From Dendrobates tinctorius (lineage: Eukaryota), in the NCBI RefSeq assembly GCF_039654945.1, contig NW_027361806.1, forward strand, positions 27,962,001 to 28,026,000: DNA of 64,000 nt. The letters are read 5' to 3'. Both the position numbers and the translations under genes were made by a program. Within the stretch, counting starts at the first letter, position 1; every line of letters starts with the position of its first letter. Shown here one piece after another: positions 1-12,000 of this stretch. A model generated the notes under the pieces. That model was not told the DNA's origin. It ran no database searches and was given only the letters and a program-made list of their open reading frames with translations.

Positions 1-68
1 CGGCTGTGATTGGTCGGATGGCAGCTGTACTTGGACCGTGTGAGAGGAGGAAGCCGCGGCTGACAGCG

Positions 69-78
69 ATGCAGAGGG
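69..78 (+). CDS. SAMD13: SAMD13 coding exon 1 (MQR+G)
   Basis: ATG CAG AGG G|gtgagt, a strong donor in CpG-rich context. Phase 1 fits the next exon. Confidence 0.75.
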
Positions 79-3000
79 GTGAGTGTCCGCTCTGTGGGGG
101 GCGGCTCTGACACACTGCACCGGAACGTCAGCGCCGGTCCCGTCCTGGTGACATGAAGTTTACAGTCCGTCACCACTGTCACATTGCAGAACACGGCGCC
201 GCAGCCCTCAGTGTGAACGGTGCACCTCGTCTTGTCGCCTTGGACTCGGGGTCTCCGGCGTCCCCTCAGACCGCTCCCACCTTGTTTCTGCACTTGTTGA
301 GGCGTTTTCGCTTGCGGTCAGTTTTCTGCTGCCGCTAAGGCCTCGTTCACACATCAGTTTTTTGCCATCAGTCAGAATCCGTCGGTTTTTGAAAAAAAGG
401 GATCCGGCGACTGATGCTGCTGGATCAGTTTTTGTCTCATAATAATAATAATTTTATTTTTATAGCGCCGACATATTCCGCAGCACTTTACATTTCAGAG
501 GGGATTTGTACAGACAATAGACATTACAGCATAACAATAATCACATAGATCATAACAGATACCAAGAGGAGTGAGGGCCCTGCTCGCAAGCTTACAGTCT
601 ATGAGGAAAGAGGGAGACACCCCTATTATAAAGCCTGGTAAAAAACGGGCTATTGTATATTGCTGGAAAGAGATGAGGTATAAGGCTGTGTGCCCTGTCA
701 GGTTTAATAAGTGGGATTTCTTGCTTTAGGCTGTGTGCCCACGTAGCGATTTTTAAGCGTTTTTGCCGCGATTTTCGGCGTGAAAACGTTTAAAAATCGT
801 GTACATGACGCCCCCCATGCATTCCTTTGGCATTCCGCACATGCTGTGCTAATGCTGCGCTTTTTTCTCCGCAGCGGAATCGCATCGCGGAAAAAATCGC
901 AGCATGCTCATTCTTTTGTGCGGAATCGCTAAGAATTGCCGCGATTCCGCACCCATAGGAATGCATGAGAATCGCTTACTTCCTGCATGTGGCTATGCCC
1001 ACCATGCGGGAAGTTAAGCGTCTCATGTGCGGTTGGTACCCACGGTGTGGAGGAGAGGAGACTGTCATCAGGCCCTGGGTACCATAACCCTGTAAAAAAA
1101 AGAATAAAAAGTAAAAAATCGGGGTATATTTACCTTCTGACGTCCCGCGCTGCATTCCCGGCCTCAGCGTTCCCAGTAATGCCTTGCGGCAAGGTCCTGT
1201 GATGACGTAGTCTCGCGAGATCGCTATAGTAACGCGAGACCAACGTCATCACAGGTCTCGCAAGGCATTACTGGGAACGCTGAGGCCGGGAATGCAGCGC
1301 AGGACGTCAGAAGGTAAATATACCCCGATTTTTTTTTTTTATTTTTTTTTTTTTTTATAATTTTTAACATTTTATCTTTTACTATTGAGGCCGCACAGGC
1401 AGCCTCAATAGTAAAAAGCTGCTCACACTTGTCAAACACTATGTTTGATGAGTGTGACCAACCTGTCAATCAGTTCTCCAAGCGATGCTTCAAATCGCTT
1501 AGAAAGTGCTTGAATATCGCACGCGAAAATCGCGGCAAAATCGCTTGGAAAGTGCTTGAGAAAATCGTGGTGAAATCGAGCGGAAAAAAACGCGCAATTT
1601 CTGGGAAGGAGTCTGGTTTTTATTGTGCGTTTTAGCACGCAATGTGGGCACATAGCCTAACAGTCAAACCAAATCTAACCAGCTGAAGCTGCCAATCCAA
1701 TCATGTGGTCAGAAAAGCCTGAATCATAGCAGCTAAAAACTGCACAATACTATTATAGCCCAAAAACCTAAAAAAACGGGGAAAATGGACATAAAGAAGA
1801 TGTATAAAAATTGATAATACGTGCTACCATCTGATAACAATTTCACTCAGCCGATGTGAAGAAAAGAGTGACCTGGCCCTATACCGAATGACTATCTGAA
1901 CACCTACCTAGGTGCGGAGGTTGGCACCCTAAGAAATACGAGAATGGCACCCCCGCTCGTGCGATGGCTATCCCTAATCTCCTATATCATCCTATAAGAT
2001 GACAGATTAGAAACAGAGGGCCAGACGGCCTGTATTCAGTCACTTAGAATATCTTCATGAATGCAGTAAAGTAGATTTATACAATCATATATGCTTGTGA
2101 GGAAAGGTAGAAAGTCCAGACAGTCTGAATAGATGCATAACACTCACACACAGTAGAACCAGTCACATATAAATTTGTAGCAAATTATGCCCTTTCCCAA
2201 AACCACTATGTTATGTATATGAAGTATATATAAAAATTGTCACATCAAGTACCCAGATAAAAAACTGCCCATTAGACACAATGATGAATCAATGGTAGGT
2301 AAACAGGAGCGGCTTATCTGATAACACAGTCAGAAATCATGAAAGCAAAGACACCACTGAATGTACCAGATTTTCAAGTCTCAGTGTAAATTAGTAGGGG
2401 TGCTACAGCCACTCCAGATATCAGATATATATCATACCCCTAGTTTAAGTCACCCTGATACTGACAACAATAGGCCCATTCATGGGAAAAAAACAAAAAA
2501 ACACAGTACTTATCTGTGAATATATACTCCTTCATAATGATATCCATAAGCTCCATGATAACATAATTCCTCAGATACAGTCTGCACACTCTCAACGCGT
2601 TTCCCCCTACTGCGGGTTCCTCAGGAGAGATGCATATTGGTCAGAGCGGTCTGGCAGTCGAGACTAATCCAATTGATGAGGCTGCAGCTGCAGGAATTAT
2701 CTTATCATGGACCTCATGGATATCATTATGAAGGAGTATATATTCACAGATAAGTAGTTTTTTTTGGGGGGGTTTCCCATGAATGGGCCTATTGTTGTCA
2801 GTATCTGGTGACTTAAACTAGGGGTACGATATATATCTGATATCTGGAGTGGCTGTAGCACCCCTACTAATTTACACTGAGACTTGAAAATCTGGTACAT
2901 TCAGTGGTGTCTTTGTTTGCTTTCATGATTTCTGGCAATTTGTTATCAGATAAGCCGTTCCTGTTTACCTACCATTGATTCATCATTGTGTCTAATGGGC

Positions 3001-6000
3001 AGCTTTTTATCTGGGTACTTGATGTGACAATTTTTATATATACTTCATATACATAACATAGTGGTTTTGGGAAAGGGCATAATTTGCTACAAATTTATAT
3101 GTGACTGGTTCTACTGTGTGTGAGTGTTATGCATCTATTCAGACTGTCTGGACTTTCTACCTTTCCTCACATGCATATATGATTGTATAAATCTACTTTA
3201 CTGCATTCATGAAGATATTCTAAGCAAATGGATACAGGCCGTCTGGCCCTCTGTTTCTAATCTGTCGTCTTATAGGATGATATAGGAGATTAGGGATAGT
3301 CATCGCACGAGCGGGGGCGCCATTCTCGTATTTCTTTGGGTGCCAACCTCCGCACCTAGGTAGGTATTCAGATAGTCATTTTGTATACGGCCAGGTCACT
3401 CTTTTCTTCACATCGGCTGAGTGAAATTGTGATCAGATGGTAGCACGTATTATCAATTTTTATACATCTTCTTTATGTCCATTTCCCCCCTTTTTTTTCC
3501 GTTTTTTGAGGTTTTTGGGCTATAATAGTATTGTGCAGTTTTTAACTGCTATGATTCAGGTTTTTCTGACCACATGATTGGATTGGCAGATTCAGCTGGT
3601 TAGATTTGGTTTGACTGTTATACCTTATCTCTTTCCAGCAATACAATAGCCCGTTTTTTACTAGGCTTTATAATATGGGACATCTGTGCAATTTTATATT
3701 GTTATTTTTGTACTTAATAAAAGTTATATTTTAATAGGGTTTTTTTCAGTTAGTCGGTTATAGGTAACCCTTGTTCACATTATACTTGTTAGTTGAAAGA
3801 GGGAGACACGAAAGGTGGGTGGTAACAGTTGTCCTGATTGTATGGACCAGCCATAATGTTAGGTGTGTAACAGTACAGACACAGAGGGCTAATGGATGCA
3901 TAAAGCATGTGGGAACATGATGCGGAGAACCTGGTTATGGTAAAACTTTTGGCTGTGCCACACAGGGATAGATTAGGTTAATGTGTTGAGGCGGTAGGCC
4001 AGTCTGAATAAATGAGTTTTCAGGGCACGCTTAAAATTGTGGGGATTGGGGACTACTCGTATTGACCTGGGAAGTGCATTCCAAAGAATTGGCGCGGCAC
4101 ATGTAAAGTCTTAAAGACGGGAGTGGGAGGTTCTGATTATTGAGGATGCTAACCTCAGGTCATCAGCAGAACGGAGGGCGCGGGTAGGGTGGTATACTGA
4201 AACAAGGGAGGAGATGTAGGGTGGTGCTGAGCCATGGAGGGCTTTGTGGGTGAGGGTAATAAGTTTGTACTGGATTCTGGAATGGATGGGTAGCCAGTGT
4301 AATGACTGGCACAAGGTAGAGTCATCGGTGTAACGATTGGCGAGGAATATGATCCTGGCTGCAGCATTCAAGACAGATTGGAGAGGGGAGAGTTTGGTAA
4401 GAGGGAGACCGATTAGAAGAGAGTTACAATAGTTGAGACGAGAATGAATAGGAGAAACAGTAAGAGTTTTTGCGGAGTCAAAAGTAAGAAAAGGTCGAAT
4501 TCTAGAAATGTTTTTGAGGTGCAGATGACAAGAGCGAGCCAGTGATCGGATGTGGGGGGCAAAGGAAAGCTCGGAGTCAAGTATGACCCCAAGACAGCGG
4601 GCATGTTGCTGGGGAGTAATAGTGGAACCACACACGGAAATGGCAATGTCGGGTATAGGTACATTAGTAGAGGGAGGAAACAAGGAGTTCAGTCTTTGAC
4701 AGGTTCAGTTTCAGATATAGTGAGGACATGATGTTAGACACAGCGTTTAGACAATCGCCGGTGTTTTCTAGAAAGACTGGCGTGATGTCAGGGGAAGCGT
4801 ATAATTGGGTGTCATCAGCATAGGGATGGTACTGGAAACCCTACTGATTGTTTTACCAATAGGGGCAGTGTACAAGGAGAAGAGGAGGGGGCCTAGAACC
4901 GATCCTTGAGGAACCCCAACAGTAAGGGGAAGGTGAGAGGAGGAGGAACCAGCAAAAGATACAGTAAAGGAGCGGTCAGAGACATAGGAGGAGAACCAGG
5001 AGAGAACGGTGTCCTTGAGGCCAATGGAACGGAGCATAGTGAGGAGGAGCTGATGATCCACAGTGTCGAATGCTGCAGAGAGATCCAAGAGAATTAGCAT
5101 GGAGTAATGACCTTTAGATTTAGCTGTTAGTAGATCATTAGAGACTTTAGTGAGGGCAGTTTCAGTAGAGTGTAAAGAGCGGAAACCGAATTGGAGAGGG
5201 TCAAGAAGAGAGTTATCAAAGAGATAGCGGATAAGACGGGAGTGGACCAGGCGTTCCAGGAGCTTAGAGATGAAGGGAAGATTAGAGGCAGGTCTATAGT
5301 TAGCGGCACAGTTTTGGTCGAGGGATGGTTTTTTAAGTAGTGGATGTATGACAGCATGCTTAAATGAGGAGGGAAAGATACCAGAAGAGAGAGGTTAAAT
5401 ATTTTAGTTAGGTGAGGGGTGACAGCAGGGGAAAGGGACTGGAGGAGATGTGACAGAAATGGGTCACTGGTGCAAGTGGTTGGGCGAGAAGATGCAAGGA
5501 GCCTGCTTACTACTTCTTCTGTGACTGGTTCAAAATCAGAGCGTGAGCTAGATGCAGTGGGGGAGGGAGGACAGTGCATGGAATGAGGTGATTGGGAGAT
5601 AATTTCCTGTCGGATCTGGTCAATTTTTTCTTTGAAGTAATTGGCCAGATCGTCAGCTCGGAGCTCTGTGGTTGGGGCCTGTACTCTTGGGTTGAGTAAA
5701 GAATGAAAAGTGTCAAAGAGACGTTTCGGGTTATTGGACAGTGAGGTGATGAGAGTGTTGAAATAGGTTTGTTTGGAGAGGTGAAGGTCAGTGTTGTATG
5801 TTCTAAGCATAAACTTATAATGGATGAAATCTTCGTGTAGGTTGGATTTTCTCCACAGACGTTCGGTGCACCTGGAGCACCGCTGCAGGAAACGTGTTTG
5901 CACCGTGTGCCAGGGTTGTCGCCGTCTGCGTTGTGGTGTTCTATTTATAGGGGGTGCAAATTCATCTAGGGCACTTTGAAGTGTTTCATTGTAATGCTTC

Positions 6001-9000
6001 AATGCAGAATCAGGACATGAGAGGGAGGAGATAGGGGCCAATGAAGACCGCAAGTTCTTCATAAGTTTCTGGGTGTTAATGGCCTGTGTGTTTCTATAAG
6101 TCTGGACAGTGGGGGTGACCTGAGCAGCCTGGCAGTTCTTAATAGAGAATGAAAGAAGATTGTAGTCAGAGAGCGGGAGAGGGGAGTTTGCAAAATCATC
6201 CACTGCACAAAGCCGAGAGAAGACCAAGTCGAGGGAGTTTCCGTCTTCATGCGTTGGAGAATTAGTAAGCTGCGAAAGGCCAAACGAGGAGGTTAGAGAT
6301 AAAAGGTGAGTAGCAGATGGTGAGAGGGGAAGAGCAATGGGGATGTTGAAATCTCCCATGATGAGGGAAGGGATGTCACAGGAGAGAAAATGTGGAAGCC
6401 AAGTGGCAAAATGATCCAGGAACTGATGGGAGGGGCCGGGGGGACGATACACCACCACCACTCGCATGGAGAAGGGGGTGTAGAGTATGACGGCATGGAC
6501 CTCAAAAGAAGGGAAGACTAGTGAGGGTAGTTCAGGGATAACCTGAAAGGTACATTTTGGTGATAGGAGCAGATCAACGCCTCCACCTGCTCTATTGTCT
6601 GATCTTGGGGTATGAGAGAAGTGTAATCCCCCGTATGAAAGAGCAGCAGCAGCGGTAGTGTCTGACTGCTGGATCCAGGTTTCAGTAAGAGCCAGGAGGT
6701 TAAGAGAATTAGAAAGGAAAAAGTAATGAATGAACGAGAGTTTGTTACACACTTACTCATAGACTTGTATTAGCGACGGATTGTGATGGATGGCCTCACG
6801 TTTCGTCCGTCGTTCACTGGATCTGTCAAAATTTTGTGTCCGGCAGCCGGAGACAACGGACAAAGTAACGATTATTGTGTCCATCGAAAAATCAGACAGC
6901 GACGGATCCAGCGCCGTCAAGATGAAAGCCTATGGGAGCAGGATCCGTCACTGTCCGTCAAATGACAGATGCCAGCGACGGATCCGGTTTTTTAACTGAG
7001 CAATGAGCATGATCCTGACAGGTTACAACACCAAAGAAAGAATAGATATATACACATAGAATATATACACTCACTGGCCACTTTATTAGGTACACCTGTC
7101 CAACTGTGTGTTAAGACTTAATTTCTAATCAGCCAATCACATGGCGGCAACTCAGTGCATTTAGGCATGTAGACATGGTCAAGACAATCTCCTGCAGTTC
7201 AAACCGAGCATCAGTATGGGGAAGAAAGGTGATTTGAGTGCCTTTGAACGTGGCATGATTGTTGGTGCCAGAAGGGCTGGTCTGAGAATTTCAGAAACTG
7301 CTGATCTACTGGGATTTTCACGCACAACCATCTCTAGGGTTTACAGAGAATGGTCCGAAAAAGAAAAAAAATCCAGTGAGCGGCAGTTCTGTGGCCGGAA
7401 ATGCCTTGTTGATGCCAGAGGTCAGAGGAGAATGGGCAGACTGGTTCGAGCTGATAGAAAGGCAACAGTGACTCAAATTGCCACCCGTTACAACCAAGGT
7501 AGGCAGAAGAGCATCTCTGAATGCACAGTGCGTCGAACTTTGAGGCAGATGGGCTACAGCAGCAGAAGACCACACTGGGTACCACTCCTCTCAGCTAAGA
7601 ACAGGCATCTGATGGCTACTTTCAGCAGGATAATGCGCCATGTCATAAAGCTCGAATCATCTCAGATTGGTTTCTTGAACATGACAATGAGTTCACTGTA
7701 CTCAAATGGCCTCCTCAGTCACCAGATCTCAATCCAATAGAGCATCTTTGGGATGTGGTGGAACGGGAGATTCGCATCAGGGATGTGCAGCCGACAAATC
7801 TGCGCCAACTGTGTGATGCCATCATGTCAATATGGTCCAAAATCTCTGAGGAATGCTTCCAGCACCTTGTTGAATCTCTGCCACGAAGAATTGAGGCAGT
7901 TCTGAAGGCAAAAGGGGGTCCAACCCGTTACTAGCATGGTGTACCTAATAAAGTGGCCAGTGAGTGTATATACACATGTCATTGAGACACACACACACAC
8001 ATATATATATTTATAGTTTATAGAGTTCTACATAGAATAGCCGCTGAATCAATCGCCGTCTTCTGTAAAATCATTCCCGAACCCGACATGAAATGACACA
8101 TGGTTACATACAGTAAACCATGTCATAGAATGGTAGAGTTGGAAGGGACCTCTTGGGTCATCTGATCCAACCCCCCTGCTCAATGCAGGATTCGCTAAAT
8201 CATCCCAGACAGATGTCTGTCCAGCCTCTGTGCGATGTCATAGCCAAACGATTTATATATGTCAGTGTTTAATCAATTTAGTAGTTTGTGTTAGGAAAAA
8301 TTTGGAACTCTAGGGGTTAAATGTAAGGCTATAATCGTGGAAAAATATAGCGTGGGCTCCCGCAGTAATTTCTCCACCAGAGAGGGAAAGCCAATGAGTG
8401 ACAGCAGATATTAATAGCCTAGAGAGGGACCATTGTGTTTGCCCCCCCCCCGCCGGCTAAAAAAAATCTGCCCCCAGCCACCCCAGAAAAGATGCACCTT
8501 TTCTGGCCCTCAGCCTCTCTATTCCACTGTCTTTAGCGGTGGCTAATGGTTTTATGTCACCTTGCTATTGGAAGGTGGCATTAAGCCGGGCTAATAATGG
8601 AGAGGTTCAATAAGACACCTATCCATTATTAACCCTAGAATAGAAAAGGGTTAAAAAAAGACACACACATTAATTAAAAATATTTTAATGATATAAATAA
8701 AGTTTTTGACCAAATTTATTATGCTGCCAATCCAAAAGAATCCCTTGTTCTGTTAAAAAAAAAACAAAAAAAAACAAACACCAATATCCATACCTCACCG
8801 CCGTTCAGTCAGGTCCCCTGCTGCAATCCACCACAAGGGATTAGCTAGTTTACAACGGGGACCAGTGCTAATGCTACTGGCCCCGCTGTAAACCACTACA
8901 GAATGAATGAATTCATCTCTGCGCAGGTGCCACGACTGACAGAGATGAACTGATTAGTGTGGGAAAGTTTCTGAATTTTTTCCCACGCTGTTAGTTCACC

Positions 9001-12000
9001 TCTGGTCAGCCAGGGACTCCACGCAGCCTCACCGACTACCGCTGACGTCAGTGAAAGCTGTACATCCCACTGTACAACATCCTGGTGGTCCCATATCCCA
9101 CTGTATGACATCCTGGTGGTCCTACATCCCACTATGTGACACCCTGGTGGTCCCACATCCCACTGTACAACATCCTGGTGGTTCTATGGTCCCACATCCC
9201 ACTGTGTGACATCCTGGTAGTTCCACATCCCACTGTACAACATCCTTGTGGTCCCACATTCCACTGTACGACATCCTGTTGGTCCTACATCCCACTGTAC
9301 AACATCCTGGTGGTCCTACATCCCACTGTACGACATCCTGGTGGTCCCACATCCCGCTGTACGACATCCTGGTGGTCCCACATCCCGCTGTACGACATCC
9401 TGGTGGTCCCACATCCCACTGTATGACATCCTGGTGGTCCCACATCCCACTGTACGACATCCTGGTGGTCCCACATCCCACTGTATGACATCCAGGTGGT
9501 CCCACATCCGACTGTACAACATCCTGGTTGTCTTACATCCACTGTACAACATCCTGGTGGTCCCACATGCCACTGTACGACATCCTGGTGGTCCCACATC
9601 CCGCTGTACGACATCCTGGTGGTCCCACATCCCACTGTACGACATCCTGGTGGTCCGACATCCCACTGTACGACATCCTGCTGGTCCCACATCCAACTGT
9701 ACGACATCCTGGTGGTCCCACATACCACTGTACGACATCCTGGTGGTCCCACATCCCACTGTACGACATCCTGGTGGTCCTACATCCCACTGTACGACAT
9801 CCTGGTGGCCCTACATCCCACTTTACGACATCTTGGTGGTCCCACATACTACTGTACGACATCCTGGTGGTCCCACATCCCACTGTACGACATCCTGGTG
9901 GTCCCACATCCCACTGTACGACATCCTGGTAGTCCCACATCCCACTGTACGACATCCTGGTGGTCCCACATCCCACTGTACGACATCCTGGTGGTCCCAC
10001 ATCCCACTGTACGACATCCTGGTGGTCCCACATCCCACTGTACGACATCCTGGTGGTCCCACATCCCACTGTACGACATCCTGGTGGTCCCACATCCCAC
10101 TGTACGACATCCTGGTGGTCCCACATCCCACTGTACGACATCCTGGTGGTCCCACATCCCACTGTGCGACATCCTGGTGGTCCTACATCCCACTGTACCA
10201 CATCCTGGTCGTCCTACATCCCACTGTACCACATCCTGGTGGTCCCACATCCCACTGTACCACATCCTGGCGGTCCCACATCCCACTGTACGACATCCTG
10301 GCGGTCCTACATCCCACTGTACGACATCCTGGCGGTCCTACATCCCACTGTACGACATCCTGGCGCTCCTACATCCCACTGTACGACATCCAGGTGGTCC
10401 CACATCCGACTGTACGACATCCTGGTGGTCCCACATCCCACTGTACGAAATCCTGGTGGTCCTACATCCCACTGTACGACATCCTGGTGGTCCCACATCC
10501 CACTGTGCGACATCCTGGTGGTCCGACATCCTGGTGGTCCTACATCCCACTGTAGGACATCCTGGTGGTCCCACATCCCACTGTACCACATCCTGGTGGT
10601 CCCACATCCCACTGTACCACATCCTGGCGGTCCCACATCCCACTGTACGACATCCTGGCGGTCCTACATCCCACTGTATGACATCCAGGTGGTCCCACAT
10701 CCGACTGTACAACATCCTGGTGGTCTTACATCCACTGTACGACATCCTGGTGGTCCCACATCCCACTGTACCACATCCTGGTGGTCCTACATCCCGCTGT
10801 ATGACATCCTGGTGGTCCCACATCCCACTGTACCACATCCTGGTGGTCCTACATCCCTCTGTACGACATCCTGGTGGTCCCACATCCCACTGTACCACAT
10901 CCTGGTGGTCCCACATCCTGGTGGTCCCACATCCCACTGTAGGACATCCTTGTGGTCCCACATCCCACTGTAGGACATCCTTGTGGTTCCACATCCCACT
11001 GTAGGACATCCTGATGGTCCTACATCCCCTTGTACAACATGCACTTGTCAGATGTCTCATTAATCTTTTGTGGTCTATTTCTTTTGGACAGTTATAGAAG
11101 CAGCCGAACTTTCCCAGGAGACGGAGACTATGGAGAGCAAAGAGAACGGCTCCACGGACTCCAAAAGGTAAATTCTGCGCTGTTCTGGCCATTGTGCGCC
11201 GCGTCATTGGGTGAAATTCATGAACACGAATGCGGTTTTGGTGAGCGGCCTCAGCGGCAGATCCTGCGCCGATTACTAAGTGTCTGTGTAGGGTCTGGGG
11301 ATTTCAGCCGATCTGATCCTTTTCTATAACGCAGATAAGTGTCGCCAGTGATGCAGAAAGCTCCTTATCCCCAGCACCATCCCCCACAGCCGCCTATGTC
11401 ACACATACGTCACCGGACGGGGAGGGACCCCCACACTGGGTGCCGACTGTTGTACAGCCGCCTCTCGGCCTTTAGTTGTCGCCATCGTTGTGCTCCCATG
11501 GGAGGCTTGTTGTTTTCCTTTTTTCTGCAGTTTTGAAGTATCGCAGTATGATCACTGGCAGAAGGTCTCTCAGGGGTTACTGCGATCCCAGACCTGCACC
11601 GATGCTCGGGATGATTCCTCTCGCTTCCAGGGACCACCACGTCGTTATTTTATGTGATGGAGCCAAAGAGGTTTTTGTTTTTCTTAAATCATTGTGCGAG
11701 AGGAATAACGTGTTGTTTCCTAGAATCAGATCTCTATAGATGCAGGGGTAACAATGATTTTTTAGTTTGTGCAGGGAAAAAAAGATTGTTACGGCTTGTA
11801 TTTCTGTAGTTTTGTAAATAGATCCATTTTCTATCATCACTTCGGTGCCGGGTGTTGATGCCTTGTGGGGTACATGTAAAGCCGGAGCTGGTGGGCTTCA
11901 GTACATGGCGGATATCTGGGTGTTATGGGGGACCTAATGCAAAAACCTGTATACAGTGAAGGAAAGAAGTATTTGATCCCTTGCTGATTTTGTAAGTTTG

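Larger units (their letters stand above)
621..3794. mobile_element. Non-autonomous Penelope-like element with inverted pLTR-type arms
   Basis: 15-bp TSD GAAAGAGGGAGACAC (606-620 and 3795-3809). Inverted arms 621-683 plus 1661-2571 versus 2692-3679. Hammerhead motif in the spacer and AATAAA at 3716-3721. Confidence 0.75.

Noticed and set aside
5127-6752. 541-aa ORF as a host gene or active LINE
   Set aside because: It is L2 ORF2, 5'-truncated and frameshifted before the RT domain.
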